Positions 25,470 to 38,363 of a stretch of DNA of 64,000 nt are shown in pieces (position 1 is the stretch's first letter; every line of letters starts with the position of its first letter). The position numbers and the translations under genes were made by a program. The notes under the pieces were generated by a model. It was not told the origin of the DNA, ran no database searches, and saw only the letters and a program-made list of their open reading frames with translations. Origin of the DNA: Protoeuglena noctilucae (taxonomy: Eukaryota); contig OY253682.1 in the NCBI GenBank assembly GCA_958009085.1, positions 124,001 to 188,000 on the forward strand, read 5' to 3'.

Positions 25470-28400
25470 CTACTCCTCGCCGCCGCTGGCGTGGTGCTCC
25501 CAGACCTGCTGCACGTGGCCGCAGTGAAGAAGCTTCCCAGCAACTTTCACGGCGTGAAGCTGCCGCCGAAGGTTGCGGAGGGGCACGCACTTCAGAGCCT
25601 CGCCCTCCGCAGGCTCCAGGAGCGACAGCTGGGGAGGCTGCAGCGCTCCCAGGTTGGTGTAGAACGACAAGCACTGGTTGGACAGGTACCTCAGGTCGCA
25701 TGGGGCCCTGTGCACCGGGGCCACCAGGGCGCAGAGGAAGGTCCCGGCACCGGAGCTGGTCTTCGCCTCAACCCCGCACACGACCCTGCCCGTCTGCAGC
25801 GTGCCCCTGTCCGGGAGGTACTCGACGAAGGACAGGGTCTCGTCGGTGGCGACGATCCTGGCCCGGTCCCCGCTGGCCGTCCCGATCTCGACCGTGGAGG
25901 TCAGCGCGACCTCGCCCAAGACGTGGCAGGGAAGCCCCGCGCCCTTGAGGGCGTTCAGGAGGTCCGCCTTAGAAACGAAGTCTTCCGCGCGTCCCTCGCT
26001 GCACAGGTCGTTCTTCTTCAGGACGGTCTTCACGCCCTTCACTTGGTCCTCGGGCTGGGACGGGACCGGCTGCTCCGCCCTCGCCCGGCTCTTGATGACG
26101 GAGGCCGCCCTCTGAGAGATGACGCTGGTGCTCGCCTGCGACAGGGCTCGGGGGTCAGTCCAGCGCGGCTCAGCATGGCACGCGGGTCGAGCGCCGTGCG
26201 ACCGCATCGAGACGTGTGAGTCGCAAGAAACGCGTCCTGCGTGGGCTTCCCCGCGTCGCCTACGCTGGGCGGCGCTTCTTGCCTGTACCTGCACGTCGCC
26301 CTTGCCGTTCGTGCGCGCGTTGGCAATGGGCTTGTGCATGCGCTCGGCGTCGTTCATGCTGCCCAACATGATGGAGCCGTTCCTCGCCACCACTGCAGGG
26401 AAATGCGAAAGCGCGTGGCACTTCTGGCTGTTCTCGATCTTGCTGAAGAGGGGCTTCTCCGTGCGGACGATTTCGTGGCCACGCAGCAGCGTCTTGAGCA
26501 CGACCTGCGGCGACACGGCAGCGACAAGGCTTCCAGAGTGAGTAAGGGGCAGCGAACGATGGGGCTGGTGTTGGAGAAGGCCTCACGTGGAGGACCTTGT
26601 TCAGCTGCGCGTCCGCCGCCTGCGCCCCTGCGATGGTGGCGCTCTCCAGGGACCATTCGGCATAGAGCTGAAGGCATGCCAGGGCTACGGCCACGAGCCC
26701 AACCCTCTCGTCGTGCACGTCTTTGCTGCCCGTAGGCTCTGCAAGGGATGTGGTGGTGGGGAAACACTCCCGGGGTTCCCCGGCCCGCATCGCGATACCC
26801 GCAGCTCCTCCCGATGCCCTCGCAGCGCTGACTGTCGGCCTCGCCTCGAGAGAAGAGCTCGACGAGGGCGAAAGGCAGAGCTTGGATCAAGAACCTCGCC
26901 TCGTACGCCTTTATCTTCCCAAACGGGTCCACGAGGCTCAGCACGATCTGGAAGGTCTCGCCCCACGGACGGGCGTGGATCCATGCCAGGGCCTGCGCTC
27001 CACCCACACGACGATGGACATGCCAGGTGAATACCGAGCAGCTGCGGCGCCACTGCAGGCAACGCACGCCATTGCCTGACCTGCAGCTCACCTTGGCATC
27101 CGCAATGATCGATGCGAACGCAGCCAAGAGGGCGTTTGCCTTTGTCGCAGACTCTCCCGCTGCCGCGTTGTTGTAGAGGACGGTCAGTATGCAGAAGGGA
27201 ACAGTCTTGCCCAACATTCCCAGTTCCACGGTGTGCATGGGGTCAGGTGCTTGGCCCTGATACAAGTCCGACCCGAACTCGTCCCAGTACGACAGGGCAG
27301 GAACCACAGGATGAATTTTGCTCTCCCTGGCTTGTTCGTTGGCCCTGGCCGTCCCCACGTCCCTCCTCAAGCGCAGGATGTGCTGCACCTGGAGGCGATG
27401 CAGCGCGACGGTGCGAGGCGTGCGGCAGTCATCCTGGAGGCACAGCGGGCACGACCTGACGGCCAGCGTGGACGAGTTGGCCATCATGTCGTTCAGCTGC
27501 GCCGCCAAGACGGGAAAGACGATGACTCTCCCGACGTCGGGGAGGGTCATCCACACCCCACCGGACCTCGCCACGCCAATCAGCTGCCGGTCCACGGCAG
27601 CCAGCCGCCGCTGGATGGCCTCTCTGTTGTTCAGGTCTGCCTGTGACCCCGGAGTGATCCCGGACACCTGCGGGGGCCTCGAGCGACAACTCATACACGC
27701 GGCGTGGTGGTGGACGTGTGGGCTGCAACGCCGGCAATCCTCCTCTCGCCTTCATGGACTCGACGGTGGCCACGGTTCGCGGCGTCCCTGTCCTCACGGC
27801 CTTGCAAGGCGACAGGAGGTGCATGTGGATGGGCGTCGTCGATGCGCCCTTGGTCATCTCCACCCCGTTGATGCTGTACGCGACGGGCACGAGGAGCAGC
27901 CGGGCGTGCAGCTCGGGGCGGACTTTGCCAGCGACAGCCTCGGCGATGTCGCTATACCCCTTCGCCCGGGAGAAGGTGAGCTTCTCGTGGATGCTGGGAT
28001 GCGTCTCATGTGGTCTCGCCCGCGCCTGGCGTGACCGTTCCCGTGCCTCGCTGAAGTCTCGCATCAACTAAACGAGCGTCTTGGGCTTGATCTGCTCCGC
28101 GTGCACCAGCATGTCCCTCAGCACCGTTATCGTTTGGTAGATGATGGTTGTGCTGCCCTCCTCTTGCAAAACCTGCAGGCCGTGCGTGCACTGGTTGGCG
28201 TCAGCCCCCTCGGCCGCGTCCGAGGCCCTCGACACAAGCGGCACCGCGGCGTGACGCACCTCGTACTGGCCATGGATGCTGTTGAGTGAGGTGTGGAACG
28301 TGCGGTGGGAGCGCCCGAGGTCGAGAAGGTCGTCGCGGATGTCGGGGCGCAGCTTCACGAAGCAATCGAAATGCGCTGCCGTCAGCGATGCCATGAACTG

Positions 28401-29060
28401 CGCCCCTGCTTCAAGTTGGCTCAGGTACTCATCGTCACTGTCCCTGCTCCTGGCCCGCCATGCCTCCAGGTCCTCCGGCAGCTTCAGCGGTTCGTACTCC
28501 CCGGGCGCAGGAAGGTAGGAGACTCCAGGAGCGTCCTCTTGGGGCGCATCATGCGCTCCGGCGCTCTCGGGCGGTTCACCCCTCTCCGAGTCAATGTCCA
28601 CGTCCATGTCCACGTCCGTGTCGGCGTAGTGGAGCCACGCGAGTCCTACATCTTCGCTCTCGCCATCACTGCCCGCAGCAACGTCCGCCGTCCCGTCTTC
28701 CTCCCGCAGTTCTTGGTCTGGTCCCGCGCTGGCGCTGTCGCGTGCCAGCCCGTCCGAGCCTCGCAGAGACGGAGAGACATAGTGTTCGTGTGGGGCGGCG
28801 GGGCGGGGTGCTTCCTGGCGGCTCTCCTCGCCATACCTCCAGCCCCACAGCGCAGGGCATCTTTGCTGATGCCGGGCGAGCTTGGCCGGGGTATCGAATT
28901 GCGTTCCACACGCGTCGCATTCGAGCATGGTGAGCTGCAGCTCAGGTTGCGATGCAGGGTTCAAGGCGGGCATGGTGAGGGCGTGGAAGCGGAGGTGAGG
29001 AAAGTCCAGCGCGCGCTCTGTGGGTCGGGCAGGCTCAGGGGTCGTCAGTCCTCCAGGCAA
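25470..29060 (-). pseudogene. Plavaka-type DDE transposase with introns, an in-frame TAG and a probable catalytic D-to-N change
   Basis: C2H2-like CDACGTQFDTPAKLARHQQRC; LVPVAYSING; GVWMTLPDVGRVIVFPVLAAQLND..CPLC; DPMHTVELG; KCHALSHF..G..AERMH..TN; TAG at 28068-28070 is in frame between two ORFs. Confidence 0.78.
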
Positions 29061-30179
29061 GCGGGGGTGGATTGCAGGGCTGCAGCGACAGCACCGCGCA
29101 CAGGCGAGGCTCGGCGCTGCTGGTGCGAACAGCGCTGGATCATCGTCCCTCTCTAGGGTGAGAGTGCAGCCTGCTGCTGAGCCATCTGCGAGGTGTGCTG
29201 ACGTGGCTGGGGAGGGGAGGGGCCAGCTCCCGTGAGGTGAGATGCAGCATACGCATGACTAGATCAGGTCGGACATTGTCGCTGTCCCCGAGGTGCGCGG
29301 TTGGTCTGCTGCGCTACCGGTGGGGTCTGCGACACGGTCAGGTGTGCAAGGGGGGGTTGGTTGGCTGGGAGGGACGAAGGGCTGGTCCGCCAGCGTGGTA
29401 TCTCTGTACTTGCTAACTGTACCTGGCACCGTGCCTGCACTCTCTCACCCCGAGACTGACTCTAACTTCGCCTAACAAGCACGCAGGCGCACGTGCCACC
29501 TCGTCCCAAGTTCCGGCGCTGGTCGGGTGCTGGCCGGGCCCGCCATGGCTCGTCCGCCGACCCATGCCCCTTGTCTGTCGTCTGGCGTCCGCGGCGCCCC
29601 GCAGCGGTGGTCATCGACTCCTGGGGCGGCCGTCGGCACGGCGGAGTCGCGCACGCCACCATCTCCCGAGTGCCTGGCCCGAGTGCCGGAGCGCCGCTCC
29701 CCGATGGAGCGGCAGCGTCCGGAACAAGCGGTCGGTGCCTCTGGCGGTGGTCGCTGCGCGCTCCCGTCGCGCCTGCGGCCGCCCGAGTCCGGCTGCATGT
29801 GCGTGCATGAGTGCGTTGCCTAGAGCGTCACGGATGGTCATGTAACCTCGGCGTAGGGATTGAAATACCAATAGCTACGCTAGGGAGCGATTACGGGCCG
29901 AACGGAGCCCCCCGGGCCGCGCGGGCCCCGGAGCGCGCGTGCCCAAAAGATGCGTCCGATCGCGATCAAGATAGGTCTGATCGCGGCCGAGAAGGAAGAT
30001 AGGCGGCGGGATAGCCTCGGCTAACGCTTCCGGCGCCGCTGCGCTCCCGAGTGGGCCCCGCTCCCCGCGATCCCCGACCACGACGAAATGCCGCGAAACT
30101 GCTCCCAGCGGCCTCTCGCATCCCGGGTGCGCCGTGGCCGTAACCGCGCCGCGTAAAACGGCCTCCCCAGGGAGATCGG

Positions 30180-30391
30180 GCGCGCGGCTGGAATCACTGG
30201 GCTCAATGAGGGTTTACATTACAGTCTGTGTCGTCAGTGGGATCACTGGGATGATCCCTCCGATACCCCGGGATCAGCGGGATGATCCCCACGATTCCTG
30301 GGTATCACGGGGATGATCCTACTGACGCCAGACTCGCGGTTTTCCCGATGACCCTGAGGCCGGAGATCGCGGGGATCGCGGCTGTCTCGGG
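30180..30391. repeat. Right terminal/subterminal GATC-rich repeat array, inverted relative to the left array
   Basis: gggatcactgggatgatccc, gggatcagcgggatgatccc, gtatcacggggatgatcc. Confidence 0.8.
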
Positions 30392-30991
30392 CAAATAATC
30401 TACTCCGCTGTAAATCTCTGCCCCTCACGACACCGGAACAGCGGGAGGAGTCGTCCTCCCCCACTTCACGGCCCAGGTGTGCGGTTGGCGTAAACGAGTT
30501 TGCCTTCGTGGCTTCCAGTGGCCATCGCGAGGGCGAATTGCAGCGCTGAGGTTTCGAGCGGGCGCACATCTCTGCGGGAGAGCGCAGAGACCCTCGAGGC
30601 CGTTTGCGTGCGACCCGGTGGCCCGTACCCCAGATCGCGCGCCTGTTATTCCGCCGTTTGCGTCGGATTCCCGGGAAGGGGCCCGCAACGGCATGGGACC
30701 TCGGTCACGCCAAAGCCGCCCCCGGCATTGTCGATCGCCGGCGCTTTGAGGCGCCGGGGCCCTCGGAGTGCTCATAGAGAATGCAATTTCACCCGTCCGA
30801 GTGGCGGATGCTGGAATTCCTGTAACAACTTCTGTTTCCGCCCCGAAAGTGGCCGCGGCACCGCCTGCTCATGCCCTGCCCGCGCCCGCCGTCCGCGATG
30901 GGCAGTTGATGTTGCGGTCGCAGGCCGGATGACGGGCGGGCGCCCCCACCGCCGCGGGGCCTAAAGGCCCACAGGCACCCTGCCGTGCCCC

Positions 30992-33451
30992 ATGGCTTCG
31001 GAGCCTACCTGGGTGCCCAAGGCCCGGCAATTACGGCCCCGCAGCCTCTTCGCCGGGGACTACGAATCTGAGGACTCTGCCGCCCCTTCGCCGGCCCCGG
31101 GGCCGCGCCCGGAGGTGAGGGCTGCGGCCTTGCCAGGGTGCAAGGCCGAGGTTGCCCCCGGCCACGTGGCTCCGCCGCGAGCGCGCCGCCGGTGCCGTTG
31201 CCCTCCGAAGCAAAGCCCCACTTGCGCCGGATCGCAGGCGCAGCGAGCCAGCCAGGTCCGGCGCGACATTTTGGTGCATGCCGGGTACAAGCCCCCCCGG
31301 GATGGGCACAAGGCGAGGCGGCCCCGCGCGCGCGACGCCGATCCCGCGACATCCCCGCGATCCGCTGACGCTCCTCCGCCCCGCTCCGGCCGCAGTGCGA
31401 GCGCTGCGACAGCGCCAGGGGCTCCGGGCAGCTGATCTGCTCGGGATGTGCCACGTTCCTGTGCCCCCTCTGCTGCCTCGGCCCCAAGTGCGACGGCGTG
31501 GTCTGCGACGAATGCCAGACGTCCGTCTGCTGGCAATGCGCCAGCGCGCCCACGGTGCTTGCCAAGCTCAACGCGTCGCTCTGCTCGGCCTGCCCGGCCG
31601 TCACCGAGGCCTGGAGGATGGGATTCTGGCAGGAGTTCCTCCGCGCCCACATCGTCGCCATCGAGGCGGACGGCCGCGCGTCCCACGACTCCGCGTTCCC
31701 GTCGCTGCCCAACGACTCGACTGCCGCTAACAGCCCCTGCCGCCCGCCCCGGCCCAACGCGCGCCACACGCCCAGGGAAACAGAGGAGGTGAATACAGGG
31801 TTGCCGATGCGGGGTTTTGTTGACTGCATAACTCATCGGCAGACGAGGCTTGCCTTGGACAAGCCTGCAGACGATGGGGAGCGGGTAAGGGCCTTTACCA
31901 ACCACCTTGTGGGCCTTTCTCCCGCAGACCGTGGCGTTACTCTGCGAGGAGGACAGCCTCGGCGACGTGGACGGTCGCGAGGGCTGCGCGGACGCGGTGG
32001 CGTGCAGCCGGACGGCCGAAGGGCCGACGGTCTGGGCGGTCGCAGCCCAGGCTCCCGGCGCCGGTTGCGCACCCGACTCGCAGGCGGCGGAGGAGGACCA
32101 GATCGTGCGTTCGATTCTCAGCGGCGCAGGCGAGCACGGCAGGCCCGCCGCGCACCCGCCCATACCCACACCACTCGCCGCCTGCGACCCTGCCCTCCCC
32201 GCGCCCCCGCCGCAGGCACCGTCCCGTCCGCCGCGCACGTGATGTGCCTGCTGCGCGACGCGCGGGAGAGCTGGGTGTTCGCGGCCAGCCCCGCGGCCCG
32301 CATGATGTCGGCCCAGTCAGCGAGGTCCAGTTCGGGCGCCACCTCCCCCGGGCTCTTGCAGATGATGCAGGCGATGGGCACCCGGTGGATGTCCGCCGGG
32401 CCCTCGGCGCACTCGAACTCCCTCGCCCCCGACAGCAGCTCCCCGACTCAATACGGCCGGCGGCTCTCGCGCGGACTGGTGCGGAGCGCCAAGGGACCCC
32501 CACCGGACATCCCACGGTCCGGCAGCCTCAGCCTGATCGGGGCGTCCGCGATGCGCGCGGCCGACGGCGCAGGCACCGCTCGGTGAGACCCGCCGCGCCT
32601 GGCCACGCCTCGCCGCGTCATGCCAACACAGCCGCCCGCTGCTGATGATGGGCCAACGACGCATGACTGACCACTCCCACCCTCGCCGCAGCAACCCCGC
32701 GTTCGCTCACCCCGAGAGAGGCGCGATGGGCCACGACGGGCGGGGGACTGGCTCCTGGGGTGACCTGGCAGCTTTGCACCCGGCCACATCGACGGGCGAT
32801 GCGGGGGGCTCCGGGCAGGCGGCTGACGAGGAGCTGTGGGGCGGGGGCGTTGCATGGGACCAGGGCCCGCGGTCGCAACCGACGGGAGTGACGCTGGCGT
32901 GGGGCGCGGTGCCACCGATGGCGGACGCGAGCGCTTTCATGTACGGCGATGGTCTGCCTGACCGCCCGACGAGCGCCGGCACGGGGGTCCTCCGCACGGT
33001 CCGCGACGGCCGCGCGACTCTGGAGCTGGTGCCGGAGTCGCCCTCGGGGGACAAGGACGGGATCCTGGCCACTCACAGCGCGCAAGGGGCCTTCCGAAGC
33101 CACCTGGCCTATGCCTGGGGTAGGGCCGAGGGCGACGGGGCCCCGCGGCAGTCCCCCGGCGTCCGCAAGTCGCGCAGCGTGACGTGGGAGACCGGGCGGG
33201 GCGGCGCGCGCGAGGTTGGCGCGGGGCTGCGGGTGTTGCCGCCGATGAGCGCGGCGTCGTCGCGGCCCAAGAGCGCCGGGCTGCCCGGGCACGGCACCAA
33301 GCGCCTCATGGCTTTGTCGCAGTCCCCCGGGGGATCTCTGGAGCAGGAGGGCGGCCGGGCGGGCGGGGGATGGTCGTCGATGGATGGGGCGGACGGCCCG
33401 GGTGGCGCGACATCGTCTGCGGGGAAGCGGTTCCGGCCAAGCGCCTCGTGA
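30992..33451 (+). CDS. Hypothetical multi-exon protein with a Cys-rich (zinc-binding-like) segment
   Basis: ATG at 30992; exon from ~31432 encodes CSGCATFLCPLCC..CDGVVCDECQTSVCWQC..CSAC; later exons join via plausible splice sites; TGA ends at 33451. Confidence 0.55.
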
Positions 33452-34143
33452 GATGCCGCGATCTGCGATCTCCTTAAGGTGCTGCGGTCTGCGGTCCCTG
33501 TGAGGTGCCGCGATCTGTGGGCCTCGTGAGGGGCGCGATCCGTGCCCCCCGGCGACGTGCGGTTTCGGGATTCTCGTTAATAAGGGACCTCTGGCCCACT
33601 GCCAGGCTGGGACCTGGCGTGGCCGGTGCATCGTCTGTCGTTTTCCGCTGTTTTTTGCCACGCTCACTCTCGGATGCTCTCCCACCGCCTCTGCATTGGC
33701 ACGGGCCTTCGGCCCTCTCTCCGAGTCCCTACCTGCGTCATGGATGCCACACATGGTGCGTGACATGTGGTTTGCGGTTCTGGTTTCGTGCTTTGGCGAT
33801 CCCTAGCTTCTTAGTTTCCTAGCAACTGCGGGAAGGGCTCTGCACCCTCTTCTCGTGGCCCCACTTTGTCTAGCGACGTTTTGGGTTACCTCCGCGTCCG
33901 CATTTCCTACTCCTGCATTCGGTGCAAGTGATGTTTTGTGCCATGCCGCGCTTGAAGGGAATAAAACAACTGGCGGCGTCTGGCGCGTGTCTGGACTCTG
34001 CTGCGCCGCGGAGGGCCGCTGGTCCCGCAGTCCTGCAGAACGTTGACTTGTCTCACCGGCAGTTGCCGCGGGATCCCGCTTGCGTGCTCGGAGCTGACAT
34101 TCTCACACCCGAACCCGCAGCCACGCTCCTGCCGCGCCTGGGC

Positions 34144-37100
34144 ATGGTTGCGGGTACGCAGTCATCGCCGCAGAGTCGGGAGGATGACGATGCACTGGCT
34201 GCCAAGCGCAATGGGCGCGGGGAGGAGGCCAGGTGCGATACTGCACGTGCCATCCAATTGGGGCTCGTTCTGCGCGCCCATGACCGTCCATCTGAGCGCC
34301 CGACGCGTCCACATCGCTGTTGACTTTGTCTCTGTCCGGAACGCGGCGCCTGCGGATTCTTCAACTGCCCGCCTGCTTCCCATCCTGCGCCTTTTGTTGC
34401 GTGACGCAGGGACGCCCAATCCTCCGAACGGTCGCACCGCGTGACGTCTCCGTCCAGGTCTCGGTCCCGTTCTCGAGCCCTGTCCCGCGACGGGCGCTCG
34501 AGGAGCCCGAGCGGGAGCGATGGGGGCCGCTCGCGGTCGCATGGCCGCTCTGCTAGTGAGCACGGCGAAGCGATGCGATTTTCGCAGCCGCGCTCATCGG
34601 GGAGGGTCTCCTCTATGCGCGAGTTAGAGGAAGGGGAGATCATGGACGTTGACGAGGTGAACGGGGGAGACAGCGTGATTTTGGGCCATGTTCGGCCGCG
34701 ATGGACGCAACAGGCGTTTGTAACCGTACGTTTTTCTAACCATTATGCGCCGCTTTGTGCGACAGGACCATGCGGGCGGCCGGGCCCGCCGCGGGGAGGA
34801 CGGCACGGACGCTTCCGCTTCAGGGAGCTCTCGCTCCGTTTCGCGGTCGCGTTCCCCGTCCGGGCACCGCGATTCGTCCCGTTCACGCTCGCGATCCGTC
34901 GCCAGTCGGCGGGAGGGCCGGCCGGAGCCGTCCGCGCGTGACGGCAGCGGGGCGAAGGCAAGGTCCGGTCGGGCAGATGCGGAGGCCGGGGCGCGGCCGT
35001 CAGAGAGCGAGCGTGCGGGTGAGGGAGACGACGATCGAGAGGAGGGCGAGATGGACGAAGCAGAGGTGGAGCGTGGGGGCGGGGCGGGGGCGCGGGCGAG
35101 CAAGGGGAGGCCGGAGGAGGGCGGGGTGCAGGAGAGGGAGAGGGAGAGAGAGAGAGAGAGGGAGGGGGGCAGTGAGAGGGGGCGTGAGAGGGAGCGCGAG
35201 AAAGAGAGGGAGAGGGAGAAGGAGAGGGGGCGGGACAGGGAGCGGGAGCGGGGGAGGGAGCGGGGTGAGGGGGAGCGAGACCGGAGTGGGAGGGGGAGGG
35301 AGAGGGAGAGGGAGAGGGAGAGAGAGAGGGAGAGGGCTGAGCGTGATAAGGGAAGGGAGAGGGAGAGGGGCGGGCGGGAGAGGGAGAGAGACAGGGAGAG
35401 GGAGAGGGGGAGAGATGCGGGGGGTGGGCGGGAGCGAGAGCGAGAGCGAGATCGGGACAGAGATAGGGAGCGAGAGAGAGACAGGGGGCGAGAGAGGGGT
35501 CCGCTTCGTAGTCGCGATGGCGACAGGGGCCGTGGCGACGTTGGCGGCGACCGGGGTGGTCGCCGCGAGCGTGACTGGGATTGGGGTCGGGACGTGGGGC
35601 CGAGGGACAGGGTTAGAGACCGTGAGCGGGGCTGGGATCGAGATAGGGAGAGAGATAGGGACAGGGACCATCGGGGCAGAGACAGGGACCGGGAGAGGGA
35701 GAGGGGCGTCAAGCGGCGTCGCGAGGAGGGAGGGACGGAGACGCCCAGCGTGGAGGAGGGGGCGGTGGCGGCCAAGCTGGCGATGGCACTGGAGGGAGGG
35801 GGCGATCCGGAGGCGGAGGAGGCGGAGAGGAGGAGGGAGGAGCGGCGGAGGAGACTGGAGGCGATCAAGGCCAAGCACGGGGGGGGAGCAGAGGGGCCGG
35901 GGGCGGCGGCGGAGGGGGTGGTAGAGGCGGGTGCGGGGGCGGCGGCGGGAGCAGCGGAGGGGGGAACAGCGGCGGGGACGGTGGCAGGAGTGGCGGGGTT
36001 GGCAGGTGGGGTGGCGGGAGCAGCGGGGGGTGCGGCGGGAGGGGCGGGGGTGGCAGCAGCGGGAGCACCATCCGGCGCGGGGAGGGAAGCAGTGGGAACG
36101 CTTAACGGCGAGGGTGTGGCGGAAGGGGACGTGGATCTGGAGAGAGACGCGTGGGCAGCGACGGCGGGGGCCGACCTGTTTGTGAGGCGGGTGGCGGAGG
36201 CCCCCGGTGGTGGCGAGGGTGACGGTGCGGCGCAGGCGGCGGCGGCGGCGGCGGTGGAGGTGGATATGTTCGGCGCGACGCCGGTGGGGGCGGCGGGGCC
36301 TGGGCCGGGGGATGCGGCGGGGGTGGCGGGCGTGGGTGCGGGTGCGGGCGGCGGGCAGGGTCTAGTGGATAACTACGACGACGCGGAGGGTTATTACAAG
36401 TGGCGCACGGGGGAGATGCTCGCGGGGCGGTACGAGGTGTTCGCGGCGCACGGGAAGGGCGTGTTTGGGTCGGTGCTACGCGCGCGCGACCACAAGTCGC
36501 ACGCGCTCACGCTCGGCGGGCAGCGACCGGAGGTGGCGATCAAGATGGCTCGCGCGAACGACACGATGTACAAGCAGGCGCAGTCGGAGCGCGCGGTGCT
36601 GGCCAAGCTGGCGCAGACGGACCCGGAGAACCGGGCTCACTGCATCCGGATGCTCGATTATTTCGAATACCGCGGCCACGCGTGTTTGGTATTCGAGAGC
36701 ATGGACATGAACCTGCGCACGCTGGTGCGGAAGTTCGGCCGGGACATCGGTCTGTCGCTGCAGGCGGTGCGCGCTTACGCCATTCAGCTCCTCTTCGCTT
36801 TGCGGCATCTCCGCCAGAACGGGATCCTGCACGCGGACATCAAGCCCGACAACATCCTCGTGTCCGCGGACCGCAGCGTCATTAAGATCTGCGACTTCGG
36901 CAGCGCACTGTTCGGGTGAGGGGGAGGGGCAGGGGGCAGAGTGTTGTGTGCAGGGTGGCAGGGTGGGTGTGCCTGGTCGGGCTTGGCTGTGAGGAGGGAC
37001 TGTGACGATACGGGGCACTTGGATAGACACGGGAAGGCTGTGCGTGCGATGTACGCAGCTCAGCACGCGCAGCGACAGGGCACCGACCCTCTCCTGCGGT

Positions 37101-38363
37101 GTCCACATGCCATTTCCACTCCACAGCAGCAGCCGCGACACGACCCTCTCTCACCACCAATCAGCCCCATCCTCGCCCTCACTGTCCTCACCAGCACCCA
37201 CCTCACCCACCTCACCCTCACCCCCGCAGCGGCGACAACGACGTCACCCCCTACCTCGTCTCCCGCTACCACCACCTCACCACTAACACTCACCCCTCCT
37301 CTCCCCCACTGCAGTGGCGACAACGACATCACCCCCTACCTCGTCTCCCGCTACTACCGGCCCCCCGAGGTCATCCTGGGCCTCCGCTACGACCATCCAA
37401 TGGATATGTGGGCCGTGGCGTGCGTCCTATACGAGCTCTACACCGGCCGCATCTTGTTTCAAGGCCGTAGTAACAACGAGATGCTCTCTCAGTTCCAGGA
37501 CCTCAAAGGGCCTTTTCCGAAGAAGATGCTCCGAAAGGCCGCGTTCCGGGACCACCACTTCGAGGGGGAGCCGCACTTTGCATTTTGGTGAGCGGAGGGG
37601 GGTTGAGGGTTGGGGGTGAGGGGGGGGGTGGTAGAGGGTGGGGGGAGGGGGTGGGGTGGTGAGGGTGGCTTAGTAGTCAGGTTGGGGTGAAAACTATCCA
37701 TGGATGTCGATGGGCAAGGCAGCATGCTGAGCCCCGTCTTGCCCCTGCGAACCCTCTCGCACCCCTTCACCTCACCCCAGCGTCATCGACAGCGACCCCA
37801 CTTCCCAATGCGTTACCCATGCGAATCCTCCCAAACCCCCACCCCCCCAGTGTCATTGAGAGCGACCCGACCACCGGCGAGCCCCGTCGCCGCGTGGTGC
37901 CCAGCCCGGCCGCCAAGGAGACGATGAGGGACCGGCTGGCCGCCATGGGGACGCAGGGGAACCGGAAGATGATGCTGGCGCTGGCGGACCTGCTCGACAA
38001 GGTGGGGGTGTTGGGGTGGTGGGGTGGATGGGGTGTTAGGGGGTGGGGTGTTCGTGGATATGAGCATGGACTGGATCCCAACAGGCACATGGTGTAATTC
38101 CTCTCTTTATTTTTTCTGTTCCCATCTCACGATATCAATCTCCGCAGATGCTGTCGTTGGACCCTGACAAGCGCATCACGGTGTCCCAGGCGCTGCGCCA
38201 CCCCTTTATCACGGGGGTGCTGGCGCCCAGGCCAGAGAAGGAGAAGGATAAGGGTAAGGCGGGGGGTGCGGGGGCGGGTGTGGCTGGCAAGGCGTGCCGG
38301 GCGAGAGGGGTGGCGACGATGGGAATTGCGTTGGCGTTTGGAGGGACAGGTGGCGAGATTTGA
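34144..38363 (+). CDS. PRPF4B: Pre-mRNA processing factor 4 kinase with long RS/RE/RD-rich N-terminus
   Basis: DNYDDAEGYY, GKGVFGSV, HADIKPDNIL, ICDFGSA, NDITPYLVSRYYRPPE, KGPFPKKMLRK, LDPDKRITVSQALRHPFI. Confidence 0.95.
35125..35705 (+). repeat. Coding purine-rich low-complexity tract (RE/RD dipeptides) in PRP4K
   Basis: (gagagg)n-like sequence translating to REREREGRDRDR. Confidence 0.85.

Larger units (their letters stand above)
24778..30350. mobile_element. Plavaka/CACTA(CMC)-like DNA transposon, decayed
   Basis: Inverted CATCGGGAAAACC at 24778-24790 and 30338-30350, followed inward by GGGATCATCCC/GTGATCCC subterminal arrays; encloses a transposase. Confidence 0.8.

Noticed and set aside
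13150..28070. TAA/TAG-to-Gln genetic code, as in some ulvophyte algae, suggested by in-frame stops in the ankyrin gene and transposase
   Set aside because: Long Gln-containing exons (PRP4K 724 codons, WD40 1327 codons, LACS, RPS11) contain no TAA/TAG, and DUF506 and WD40 appear to end on TAG and TAA; pseudogenisation is simpler
34624..35878. Long antisense ORFs (SLSLSR- and PL-rich) over PRP4K
   Set aside because: Shadow frames of the purine-rich coding repeat
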